DNA of 32,000 bases from an uncultured archaeon (GTDB lineage: Archaea; Asgardarchaeota; Jordiarchaeia; Jordiarchaeales; Jordiarchaeaceae), in the NCBI GenBank assembly GCA_964510585.1, contig CAZECW010000118.1, positions 1 through 32,000 of the forward strand, in the 5' to 3' direction. Positions 1 to 9,333 of this stretch are shown one piece after another; position 1 is the stretch's first letter; every line of letters begins with the position of its first letter. The position numbers and the translations under genes were made by a program. The notes below the pieces were generated by a model. The model saw only the letters and a program-made list of their open reading frames with translations. It ran no database searches and had not been told where the DNA came from.

Positions 1-706
1 AAAGAATAGCATAGCAAAAAACATTTTGGCATCCCTTAAAAGTTCAATGAATATGAATTTTCCTCCAGGCTTTAAAACCCTCCTTATTTCTTTTAGGGCT
101 TTAATTTTATCCTCCTCATCGTGTAGCTCATGCAGCACGGAGCCTGCGGTTACTATGTCAAATGTGTTATCAGGGTAGGGAATCTCTAAAATATTCGCCT
201 TTTTAAATTCTACTCTATTCGATACCCCCTCTATTTCGGCATTTCTATAAGCCTGGCCGGGGGAATTCCCGCTCATTCCGCCGTAAATGTCGATGCCCAC
301 CACTTTTCCTCTACCCAAAATCTTAGCCCAACTGATAGCAACCGAACCCGTACCGCACCCGACATCAAGAAGATACTCATCACCATTAACACCCTCTTTT
401 TCAGCAACCCTTTTCCACATATTAGAAATGTATCGAGGTCTAAGTAACAAATAATGCATAGGGATATAAGAGGCTCCGATATAATCCTACAAAAGCCACT
501 GGTACACCAACAAGTAGTAAAACCCAGTTTAATGACCAATCAATGAAAAAACCTGCCGAAGCTACAATTAACCCAATCATACCCACAATTGTAATTCCCA
601 GGAAGGGTTTAAGAGCAACGTATCCATAATTGGGTTTCTGGCTCCCATTTACTTTCTTAGAGGCTTCCCCTTTTTCAGATTTTAAAACAGCCTTTTTTGG
701 ATCCAC
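1..706 (-). pseudogene. Class I SAM-dependent methyltransferase with N-terminal membrane segment, split by a frameshift near 480; runs off the window edge
   Basis: ORF 706-440 encodes KPNYG plus two hydrophobic helices, then drifts into junk. The +1 frame is open from 486 to 1 and reads IGASYIPMHYLLLRP...LLDVGCGTG...VVGID...IPYPDNTFD...LHEL...RRVLKPGG, i.e. SAM motif I and downstream MTase motifs. Could be an assembly error or two genes (ATG at 459). Confidence 0.75.
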
Positions 707-721
707 AGCTAACCCTCATTT

Positions 722-1258
722 TTATTTCTCACTTAACCTTTTTTGGAAATTGTATGTTTTTTCTCCCTTTTTTTGCAGTTTGAATAATCCGCTTCGGGTC
801 ATTTTTGAAATTATTTCATCTTCGTTCATGTGGTGGTCGCTTAAGGATAGTGTTCCGCCAGGTTTCAGTACTCTATGTAACTCTTTCAACACACTGTTTG
901 GGTCACTTAACTCGTGGAGAATATCATATAGTAGAACCACATCAATGCTGTCGTCAGGTAAACCGGTTCTGCAGTCTGAAGTGATAGTTTCAACATTGGT
1001 CAATCCTTTTTTTGAAGAGATCTTCTGGACTGCTCGGGCCGCGAGTGGATTTATGTCTAAAGCGTAAATTTTTCCAGACTTGCCCACTAACTTAGCGGTG
1101 GGAAGTATGTAACTTCCGGGGCCGCATCCATAATCAAGCACATGGTCTCCAGGTTTTATTCCCACCTCTTTTAGGATGTTCCTTCGGGGAGAAAAGAAGT
1201 CGCGCAGTTTAAATATGAAGGTCATCATTTTAAAGTGAAGACTGGAATTTGGATTCAT
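722..1258 (-). CDS. Class I SAM-dependent methyltransferase (UbiE/Methyltransf_11-like)
   Basis: VLDYGCGPG motif I, YALDI, LPDDSIDVV, LHRVLKPGG. The ATG overlaps the abrB stop (TAATG), suggesting translational coupling. Confidence 0.9.
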   Translation of the reverse strand: MNPNSSLHFKMMTFIFKLRDFFSPRRNILKEVGIKPGDHVLDYGCGPGSYILPTAKLVGKSGKIYALDINPLAARAVQKISSKKGLTNVETITSDCRTGLPDDSIDVVLLYDILHELSDPNSVLKELHRVLKPGGTLSLSDHHMNEDEIISKMTRSGLFKLQKKGEKTYNFQKRLSEK

Positions 1259-1545
1259 TAAAATTTACCCCCCTGTTTTTTGTCATCCTTCTCTTCTTTC
1301 TCTTCAGGAACTTCAAAAGGTTCCAATGGTGCTTCTTCGGGGGCTGCGAGGATTTTCATCGCAAATCCCTTGAGCTTCTCAATTTTGGCTATGGCGATCC
1401 CTTTATTTAGATCCCCCATCACTATTAGTGTATCTCCGGGATTGATTTTAAACATTTCACGAGCCTCTTTTGGTATCACTATTTGTCCTCGTTCGCCCAC
1501 TTTTACAGTTCCGAAAATGAACTTGTCTTTACCTATCTTCGCCAT
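1258..1545 (-). CDS. AbrB/MazE/SpoVT-family DNA-binding protein
   Basis: TVKVGERGQIVIPKEAREMFKINPGDTL swapped-hairpin signature; GGTGTGA RBS upstream; first gene of a three-gene run. Confidence 0.92.
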   Translation of the reverse strand: MAKIGKDKFIFGTVKVGERGQIVIPKEAREMFKINPGDTLIVMGDLNKGIAIAKIEKLKGFAMKILAAPEEAPLEPFEVPEEKEEKDDKKQGGKF

Positions 1546-1599
1546 AATTCACACCAATCACATAATTCATATTAATCATACTAATAATACATTTCATAT
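1546..1599 (-). promoter_or_regulatory. Six degenerate 9-bp tandem repeats between the TATA box and the abrB start codon (candidate operator)
   Basis: Plus-strand units AATTCACAC, CAATCACAT, AATTCATAT, TAATCATAC, TAATAATAC, ATTTCATAT at 1546-1599. TTTAAATA (minus strand) lies at 1600-1607. Confidence 0.6.
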
Positions 1600-2055
1600 T
1601 ATTTAAATCTATTCGAAGAACCTCCTCGATTTAGTTACGTTTAATTACCCTATCAAAGGAGCCTTCACCAGTCTCTCATACTATTTAGAATAAAAAAATA
1701 TAAGTCAAATAACAGACGTTTATGTGCTTGCGCGCCACAGACGAATGACAAAAATATTTTTTTATGGCAATGATCAAAACAAGTTTTTCCATTACAATAT
1801 AGAGATTAGGAGGAATATTAGGAGTAATAAACGGAAATAGTTTAACATTGGCGAGGCAGAATGTTGGCAGAATTTTGGGTTTCTAGCAGTCACTAGTTTT
1901 CTTTAATATTTTAAAGTTTTAGTGTTAAATAGTGTTCCCTTGAATCCTTTTTGAAGATGAATTTTGCTAAAGTTTAAAAGTTATCAGTCATTATGAGTCT
2001 TTAATAACAAGTTTACCCTTTGTGTCTTAAGAATAATTTGGTAGGATTGATTTTT

Positions 2056-3006
2056 ATGATATTTTTAGAGGGTAAAGAGGTTGAGGTAATAGACATTCAT
2101 GTTCATCCTCCCGATACACTTATGGATCCTGTTCCTCCAGGTTTTAATTCTGTGGAGGGAGAGCTACTGGCCAGAATGGATGAGGCCGGAGTTGACAAAG
2201 TGGCTTTGCTAGCCTTCGATATTGACAAAAACGATGTTGCCGCAAATCAGGACCTATTCTATAGACCAGTGAGGTACATCCGAAGCTTAGGAGGCGGAAC
2301 TTTTGGAAGTATTCTTATCGAAATAATGTCTTGGTTTGATAGAGTTTACAGGTCTGAGGAGGACATATACAAGTATGTTGAAAAGGATCCTAAAAGAATA
2401 ATTGGTTTCGGCTCCATTAATCCAAAGAGGCCGGATAATGAGATTAGAGAAAAAATGAAAAAAATGAAGAAATATGGTTTTAAGGGGATTAAACTTATTC
2501 CCACCTTCCAGTTCTGCAATCCCTGTGATGAGCGTCTAAATCCCGTGTACGAATACGCCCAAAAAGAGAACCTAGTCATCCTAACACACACGGGATGCGA
2601 TCCCGGTTTGTGGGAGTACCCCGACTTCTGTGAAGACGCGAAACCAACCCATCTGGCTAGTGTTGCTGAGAGATATCCACGTCTAAATATAGTGGGGGCG
2701 CATCTTGGCAGTTATAGTGCAGAGAACCCAGGAATATGGTTTGAGGAAATGATGCAAGTAGTTGAACAGTATGATAACGTTTACACCGATACGTCGGCAG
2801 TAGACCCAGAACTAGTGAGGAGAGCAGTAAACAGAGTGGGGTCTGAAAAAATATTGTTTGGAAGCGATTACCCTGTGGTTCTCACCTACTGCGACCGCAA
2901 GGTGGGCATGCTTCTAAACCTAGGCAACATACTAAACCTAGACATAAGTACAGAGGACAAGATAAACATCTTGGGAAAAAATGCAAAAAAGATACTAAAA
3001 ATTTAG
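2056..3006 (+). CDS. Amidohydrolase_2-family metal-dependent hydrolase
   Basis: IDIHVH, ILTHTG, IVGAHLG, LFGSDYP motifs. ATG 2056 preferred over TTG 2020 (AGGA upstream). Confidence 0.9.
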   Translation: MIFLEGKEVEVIDIHVHPPDTLMDPVPPGFNSVEGELLARMDEAGVDKVALLAFDIDKNDVAANQDLFYRPVRYIRSLGGGTFGSILIEIMSWFDRVYRSEEDIYKYVEKDPKRIIGFGSINPKRPDNEIREKMKKMKKYGFKGIKLIPTFQFCNPCDERLNPVYEYAQKENLVILTHTGCDPGLWEYPDFCEDAKPTHLASVAERYPRLNIVGAHLGSYSAENPGIWFEEMMQVVEQYDNVYTDTSAVDPELVRRAVNRVGSEKILFGSDYPVVLTYCDRKVGMLLNLGNILNLDISTEDKINILGKNAKKILKI

Positions 3007-3127
3007 CTTACCCAACTTAACCAAATTAAACTCTTAGTCGGCCCAAAACTTCTTGTATGGAGCAATTATACCCGTAGCTAATTTTCTTTTTTGGAAAGTT
3101 TTTAAGTTCCTTCTCAAAATTTTCTAT

Positions 3128-3577
3128 TCAGCTTTTAAAAAGCTTAGACTTGAATTTTCCAAGCAAATCTTGCTGTCCACCTAGGAGGCCGCTTTTTTCC
3201 AGAAAGTTTTCAACCTCGGAAACAATTTTTAACACATCACCTTTATTCGGAGGTGTGGATTGAGGATAGATTGATTGCACAAAATTTGTGAGCCCATCAA
3301 TGTACTTTTGGTACTTTTTCAACTCGTCATTGGACTCGATTTGAAGAGCAATGAAAAAATTGTTTTTAGTTGCTAACAGAAATTTTCCCTTTTCCATGTG
3401 TACGGCTTGCAAGTCTTCCCCACCAAATTCCCTTGCAAGGCTATTCAGCGCAGTTAGTAAACCACTAACAGATAAGCTGTCAAATTTCTCCAAATGACAT
3501 GCATCATGACCTACACAGCGCGCATAGATGGGTGTGCCACTAATATCAACGATGAAAATATGTCTAATCATAGCCAT
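3128..3577 (-). CDS. Stand-alone longin-like domain protein (Asgard eukaryotic-signature type)
   Basis: MIRHIFIVDISGTPIYAR first strand-turn-strand, SVSGLLTALNSLAREF helix, LQAVHMEKGKFLL strands. This pattern parallels the N-terminal domain of 13147-14145. Fold call is by pattern only. Confidence 0.65.
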   Translation of the reverse strand: MAMIRHIFIVDISGTPIYARCVGHDACHLEKFDSLSVSGLLTALNSLAREFGGEDLQAVHMEKGKFLLATKNNFFIALQIESNDELKKYQKYIDGLTNFVQSIYPQSTPPNKGDVLKIVSEVENFLEKSGLLGGQQDLLGKFKSKLFKS

Positions 3578-3777
3578 AACACCTTAGCTGGGAGCTACAA
3601 ATGCTCCTTCGAACACCAATCACTATTGGGAATGCCCCAATATCCATTTTTGAAAAATGTGTTCCAAGGTTCAAAGAATAAAAACCCTTTAGGTTTAATA
3701 TTCTTTTTGTGAATGTGTTTCTAAAATAAAAAAGAAAATATTTGGGTTTGAGGATTATCTAAGAAGTATATAGTCTG

Positions 3778-4326
3778 CTAAGCGAATGTTTTGAACTTGT
3801 TTTTAGGCGCGTTACATATGGGACATTTTTCTGGCGCTTCGCCTTCAACTGTGTGTCCGCATACTGTGCATATTTGGATTGGGCCCAATTTGATGTCTTT
3901 ACCCTCATCTACGGATTTTTTTGCGTTTTCAAACATCGTCTTGTGGATTTTCTCTGCCTCTAAAGCGTATCTGAAACTGGTCTCCGCGCCTTTTTCTTTT
4001 TGTAACTTGGCCACTTCTAGGTAGGCTGGGTACATCTCCATTATTTCGAAGGTTTCACCATCTATGCCTGCTTGTAGATCCTCTGAAGTGTTCTTACTGC
4101 CAAAAACTGCGCCTGAAACCACGGTTGCGTGTCCTTTACTCGCAATGTTCCTATAATGATTGGTTGCGTGAACCTGTTCAGCAAAGGCTATAGCCGTAAA
4201 TAACCTCCCTACATTTGGAAAGTTATTAGCCTTCGCCCTATCGGCATAAATCATGTACCGCATGTGGGCTTGACTCTCGCCCCCATACGCACTACGAAGG
4301 TTTGTTTCAGTCATTTCCCTAACCAT
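3778..4326 (-). CDS. rbr: Rubrerythrin
   Basis: NLRSAYGGESQAHMRY, AEQVHA, GETFE, AEKIH diiron motifs; C-terminal rubredoxin CTVCG...CPICNAPK. Start uncertain (4314, 4326, 4338 or 4362). Confidence 0.95.
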   Translation of the reverse strand: MVREMTETNLRSAYGGESQAHMRYMIYADRAKANNFPNVGRLFTAIAFAEQVHATNHYRNIASKGHATVVSGAVFGSKNTSEDLQAGIDGETFEIMEMYPAYLEVAKLQKEKGAETSFRYALEAEKIHKTMFENAKKSVDEGKDIKLGPIQICTVCGHTVEGEAPEKCPICNAPKNKFKTFA

Positions 4327-4817
4327 ATGTAATCCCATCCCTTGTAAATTAGAAATTACCAATCAACACTACTATTTATACATTATCAAAAATTTCTAGC
4401 CCATTCAATACTAAAAATGACCAACAATTACCAGAACAGAAACTAGTGGTGGGAACTATATTTTTAACCGTCCCCCGCACTTTTGGGTTCTCTTTTTTTG
4501 GCAGGGGGCATACTGTCCCCTCTTTTAAACACATTTGTGTAGAAGAACGGGAGCCTGGGGAGGAAGAGGTGGCAGTGGATTTACCCAATTAATAAGTCAG
4601 CACTCTTGGAAGCATTGTTTAAACATAAAAGTGCGTATCCGACTGCTTTTGCCCTTTTTTTGGGGTCTAAATTTGGAAAAGAAGCCTTACGAAAAAGCAC
4701 ATTTCAAGATGTGAACCTGAATTAGGCAAGGACAACCGCACCAATTAAACCAAAAAAATAAAAGTAAGATTGGACACCAATAACTCTAAATTTACTAACC
4801 GTTGAGGAAGGCAAATT

Positions 4818-6395
4818 ATGGCGAAAGGTAAGGAAGAAACTACTGGAAAGTCTAAGGAAAAAAAGGGCGGAAACAAAGGAACCATGGCAACACTAGGATT
4901 AGCATTCTTTACTAACAATGCTGACACGCAGGCACTTCCAACCTATCTAACCTCCATAGGGAGGGAGTTCAGAGTAGCACGGACATCGCTGGGTTTTGTG
5001 AATACAGTCAGCTCACTAGTTCAAACAGCTGCACTACCCATGTGGGGATTTTTATCAGACAGGTTCTCACGCAAAAAAACCCTAGTGGCGGGAATACTGA
5101 TATGGGCAACCGCCACCCTTCTCATATCCTTCTCGGGAAGCTTTGAACAGCTACTGTACTTCAGAATCATTGTAGGAATAGGGCTGGCAGCCATCGTACC
5201 CACAGCCTTCTCAATAATAGTTGACATGTACAGGCCAGAAGTTCGAGGCAGAATGTTCGGCGTATTCTGGCTCATGGGGATGCTGGGAATAGTAGTAACG
5301 GTGCCGGTCCTGGGGATGCTTGACGCTCCCAGCCTAACATTCGGAATAGAATCCAACCTAACCCAACTACTAATCCTGCAGTACGTGCCTGGATTCCTAG
5401 ACTGGCTCAGATCCCTGTTACTGTGGGACTACATTCTAAAACATACAGTATATTTGGGTGCTTGGAGGTCTGGATTTCAGCTGCTGGCCGTAGTGTGCTA
5501 TGTGGTGGCAGGGCTTGTGGCTGTGTTTCTGAAGGAGCCTATACGGGGTGCGTCGGAGAAGGAGCTAATGGATGTAATCACCAAGGAGAACGTGGAAAAA
5601 TACAAAATAGACCGGAAAGCAGTTGGAGATGTGCTCAGGATACCTACTATGTGGGTCATCATTGCGCAGGGACTGACAGGGTACTTCCCATGGATAGTTT
5701 ATCAGGTTTGGCTTATACACTGGTTGGAGAGTGTACGCTACCTTGCTCCAGAGCAGGCTACCATGGTTTTTGCAATGATTGTGCTTGGTGCGGCTGTAGG
5801 TAGCCTCATAGGAGGTTTTCTGGGAGATAAAATGGAGACGAGAACTCCCAATAGAGGTAGAGTTATTGTTGCTCAGATTTCAGTTTTTGTCGGTATTCCT
5901 ATGTCATGGATTCTCTTGTTCTTGGTACAGGACTTCATTATGTTCATGGTTGTGGCGTTTGTTACGGCGGCTCTTATTAACTGGCCTGGCAGCGGCGCTG
6001 TTTATCCCATTGTTGCGTCTGTTAATAAGCCTGAGGTTAGGAGCACTGCTTGGTCTCTGGAACAGATTTTTGAGCAGGGATTCGGAGCCTTCGCCGCGGT
6101 TCTTGTGGGCTTCTTTGCTGACAACATAATAAGTGGTGGTGTTGCCGGATTTGTTATGGGCTGGGTTAGCCCCAATATAGGTATATGGTTGGTTTGGGGC
6201 ACACCAGTAGTGGAGCTTTTGTGCTGGATGACTCTATCAGGTCAAGCTCTGACATATTCTATGGTATTATTCGTAACTATTCCTTGGACTTTATCGTTCA
6301 TATTCTGGTCTTTAGCCTATAGGTACTATCCCAGAGACAAGCAAAAAATAATTGATCTACTAGTGCAGCGGAGAAAAGAACTTGCCAAGAAATAA
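4818..6395 (+). CDS. MFS transporter (spinster-like) with two loop insertions
   Basis: Motif A WGFLSDRFSRKK, FRIIVGIG, RGRMFG, second-half GGFLGDK; 12 assignable TM helices plus two extra hydrophobic segments. Confidence 0.9.
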   Translation: MAKGKEETTGKSKEKKGGNKGTMATLGLAFFTNNADTQALPTYLTSIGREFRVARTSLGFVNTVSSLVQTAALPMWGFLSDRFSRKKTLVAGILIWATATLLISFSGSFEQLLYFRIIVGIGLAAIVPTAFSIIVDMYRPEVRGRMFGVFWLMGMLGIVVTVPVLGMLDAPSLTFGIESNLTQLLILQYVPGFLDWLRSLLLWDYILKHTVYLGAWRSGFQLLAVVCYVVAGLVAVFLKEPIRGASEKELMDVITKENVEKYKIDRKAVGDVLRIPTMWVIIAQGLTGYFPWIVYQVWLIHWLESVRYLAPEQATMVFAMIVLGAAVGSLIGGFLGDKMETRTPNRGRVIVAQISVFVGIPMSWILLFLVQDFIMFMVVAFVTAALINWPGSGAVYPIVASVNKPEVRSTAWSLEQIFEQGFGAFAAVLVGFFADNIISGGVAGFVMGWVSPNIGIWLVWGTPVVELLCWMTLSGQALTYSMVLFVTIPWTLSFIFWSLAYRYYPRDKQKIIDLLVQRRKELAKK

Positions 6396-6402
6396 TGAGG
6401 GC

Positions 6403-6440
6403 TGCGGTTGCCGCAAATTCCCCTTTTCCTTTTCTTTTTT
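6403..6440 (+). terminator. Possible terminator (short GCGG/CCGC stem followed by T-rich tract)
   Basis: tgcggttgccgca then cccttttccttttctttttt, just after the MFS stop in a convergent intergenic region. Confidence 0.4.
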
Positions 6441-6589
6441 ATTAGTAGGAGTATCTGCCTCTTTTGCATATGCAACACCCTGATTATGCCAAAATTCAAA
6501 TTAGAGAGAAAAAAGTTTCTGCGTATGCTTCCTATTGATTGGTCTTTTTAGCGGAAACTTCGGTTGGTAGGTTGAACCCTTTTGACTTT

Positions 6590-7555
6590 TTAATTTTTTG
6601 TACTGTTGTGTTGGAGGTACAAGTGGTTCATTATGTGTATTTTCGATTCTTTTTGTAGTTTCTTGATGGTGCTTTTTATGGTTTCTTCACTTTGGTTTTT
6701 GGTCTTCCTCATAATGTCTAGGGCATCTTCTAGGTATTTGATTGCGTTCATATAATTTTTCAGTTTTGCATATGTTTCTCCAATTTTTTTGAGGATTTCA
6801 CATTGCTGTGCGATGCTTCCCGATTCTTGGTAGAGACATAGCGTCTCCTCATAGAATGCTAGTGCGTTTTCGTACTCTTGGAACTCGTAGTACATGTTTC
6901 CCATCCCTTGGAGGGCTACAGCTAGGCTCTTTCTATTCCCTATCTCTTTCATAATTTTGAATGCTTCACTGAAACTTATCAGGGCAGCTGAGTACTTTTT
7001 GAGCTTAACGTATATTTTTGCGGCCTGTAGGTATCCTTCGCCCTCTTCTTCTCTTCTTCCCAAGTCTCCATTGATTCTCACCATTTCTTGGTAGCACCTG
7101 AGCGCAGAGTGGTGCATTCCAAGATTATCATACGCATTTGCCATTCCTTGGATTATAATCCTTTCACCCTCATGGTCGCCGGTTTCGCGGGCTATGCTTA
7201 GAGCTCTCTTGAAGGTCTTTATTACAGATAAGTAGTTGTGTAGTAAGAGGTGCATGTACCCTATGCCGAGGAGTGTTTCCAACTCTTCCTTATGGTTGCC
7301 ATGTTCACTTACTATTTCCAGTTTTCTCTGTAGGTCTCTCAGCACAGCCTGGTAGTCGCCGATTTGGTAATGTATGTGTCCTATTTCGGTTAGTAGATTT
7401 TGAACCATGTCTGTTTTATTTATTAGTTTCAGAAGTGGAATGGCTTCATTCAGCAGGCTGACTGCTTTTTCTATCTCGGAGTTTTTGTAGGCTTTGAAGC
7501 CCTCCTCCACTAGTTTCTGAGCTGTATTTTCCAGCGAATTGCCTTCTCGTCCCAT
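6590..7555 (-). CDS. Tetratricopeptide-repeat protein
   Basis: About six helical repeats with TPR spacing (IGHIHYQIGDYQAVL, MGNMYYEFQEYENALAFYEETL, IGETYAKLKNYMNAIKYLEDAL). Confidence 0.88.
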   Translation of the reverse strand: MGREGNSLENTAQKLVEEGFKAYKNSEIEKAVSLLNEAIPLLKLINKTDMVQNLLTEIGHIHYQIGDYQAVLRDLQRKLEIVSEHGNHKEELETLLGIGYMHLLLHNYLSVIKTFKRALSIARETGDHEGERIIIQGMANAYDNLGMHHSALRCYQEMVRINGDLGRREEEGEGYLQAAKIYVKLKKYSAALISFSEAFKIMKEIGNRKSLAVALQGMGNMYYEFQEYENALAFYEETLCLYQESGSIAQQCEILKKIGETYAKLKNYMNAIKYLEDALDIMRKTKNQSEETIKSTIKKLQKESKIHIMNHLYLQHNSTKN

Positions 7556-7772
7556 GTTTTATCTCCTTTTCTCCCAAAAGTGGGAATTTTCCCAATTTAG
7601 GAATATTACCCACCATATTTATAAATTTTTGCGTATAAGAAATGCTCTTAAAAGGCTTCAAGGCTGGATAAAGAAGAAAAACCTTTTCTTAAAGAGTATT
7701 GAGAAACTGTTTTCAAAATGGATAAGTGTTTGTTTTACTAATGATTTTGAGAATAGTTGGAAAAAATGTTTT

Positions 7773-8714
7773 CTATTTTTTGGTTATTCTTTCAATTAGT
7801 AGACTCTTAAATTGGTTGAAATCCGCATCTATGCACACTTTTACTTCGGTTCCCTTCTCATCCGGAATAATTCTCGCTTTTCCTTCCTGCGTATCTATTC
7901 TTAGGTGACATGTTTCAGTTTTGAAGAGTTCTCTTCTGAGGGTGACTGCTACAGTTAGCGGATCGTGCATCCACGGCTTGACCATCTGGGGTGTGAGTCC
8001 CAAAATTGGGGCTAGCTGCCTGTAATGGTTCATCCAAACTCTTGTCATTTCGAGGAGGGCTTTTGTGAGTGGGGTTTTAGCTCTCTTCAGTTTTGCTAGT
8101 TCCTTTTTGCCTAGGTGGTTTTCGGGTTTCATGGTGACATCTACTGGAACCAATGTGATGGGTATTCCAGATTCAAAAATGGTTTTTGTGGCTTCTGGAT
8201 CACAGGTGAAATTATACTCATTATCCATGGGCACCCTCACCCCACCTATTTCAGGAGGGTTAATTACTCCCCCCATTAGGACAAGCTCTTTAATGTTTTT
8301 TCGGATGTTGGGCTCCCTCTTGAGGGCTGTGGCTATATTTGTTAGTGCTCCAATACAGACGAGAGTTAAGTCCCTCTTGGAGTCCAACCCTCTGGATATT
8401 ATGAATTCCACTGCGTTTCCGACTGTAACTTTGAGTTCCCTGTCTTCAGGTGTAAGCAGGCCTTCTCCCTCGAAACCTAGCATAAACGATTTCTTATTCT
8501 CCGTAATTGGCTCCCCTTCGCCTACAAAAACTGGAATATCACTTCTACCCGCCAGCTTAAGCAGTTTAAGCGCGATTTTGGCTCTGAGCAGCGTGTCGCC
8601 GTAAACAGTGGTAATGCCCTCAATAGTGATTTCTGGAGATTTTGCTGCTAAGGAGATGGCGTATGCATCGTCAACATCCATGCCCACATCTGTGTCTAGT
8701 ATTATGCTTGTCAA
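7773..8714 (-). CDS. Inosine/uridine-preferring nucleoside hydrolase family
   Basis: DTDVGMDVDD, GITTVYGD, IGALTNIA, EYNFTCDPEA, MHDPL motifs; TTG start. Confidence 0.95.
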   Translation of the reverse strand: MTSIILDTDVGMDVDDAYAISLAAKSPEITIEGITTVYGDTLLRAKIALKLLKLAGRSDIPVFVGEGEPITENKKSFMLGFEGEGLLTPEDRELKVTVGNAVEFIISRGLDSKRDLTLVCIGALTNIATALKREPNIRKNIKELVLMGGVINPPEIGGVRVPMDNEYNFTCDPEATKTIFESGIPITLVPVDVTMKPENHLGKKELAKLKRAKTPLTKALLEMTRVWMNHYRQLAPILGLTPQMVKPWMHDPLTVAVTLRRELFKTETCHLRIDTQEGKARIIPDEKGTEVKVCIDADFNQFKSLLIERITKK

Positions 8715-8742
8715 TTTTTACCACATCATCCTAGCTCTTTTT

Positions 8743-8979
8743 TTATGTTTGGTTTTTATTTATTGATTTTTGGGAGTCTTTCGCTTCTAGTAGTTTTTTG
8801 ACTTCCTCGTATTCGAATGGGCACCGGTTTCTCACCAAGAAGTCGTAGTGTTTTTTGTATCTCCAGTGGGATTTTCCCTTTGTGAAGGCTGAGGCCCATT
8901 CTAATATGTGTTTAGCTTCGTTGCCAATGCCCTTTATGCGTTTACCGCACACTCGACAAAAGTAAGGCAGAACCACCAC
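8743..8979 (-). CDS. Small C2H2-like zinc-finger protein, function unknown
   Basis: YFCRVCGKRI-x8-H gives C-x2-C-x12-H, with further His in SHWRYKKH; co-oriented 28 nt upstream of the nucleoside hydrolase. Confidence 0.65.
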   Translation of the reverse strand: MVVLPYFCRVCGKRIKGIGNEAKHILEWASAFTKGKSHWRYKKHYDFLVRNRCPFEYEEVKKLLEAKDSQKSINKNQT

Positions 8980-9333
8980 TTCCCATTTCTAAAAAATTTT
9001 TTCTGGCTATGAGACTTGTTTGCAAGCCTTTCCTAACTTCATTATATGCTAATTTGAATAGGAACCTTTCTTCTCATCTATTGAAGCTTTTCGAATTAGA
9101 TTGGTTTTTGGATTTTCTATGATTTAGGTTTCTAAACAGTTCCCTCTTTTAATATTTATGGTGTATGTTTTCGACACAAGATAAATTGTACCATTTTTGA
9201 TGGCATTATGTTTTTGTTTGTTGGCTGTTTATGGAGAGAGCTTTACCTCCCTAATTCCAGTTTTTAAAAAAGGTTGGGCAAAAAATTTCTGAATAATCAA
9301 ATAGTCGAGATGAACCCGACCTATATTTTGCTC

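Noticed and set aside
273-1606. ORF-track entries 273-539, 630-1067 and 1280-1606
   Set aside because: Shadow frames over the methyltransferases and abrB. The HTNHIIHINH tail of 1280-1606 is just the 9-bp promoter repeat translated.
3590-3642. Two small hairpins (GGAGC/GCTCC and TATTGGG/CCCAATA) upstream of the longin gene
   Set aside because: Stems of 5-7 bp are common by chance; no recognisable RNA family.
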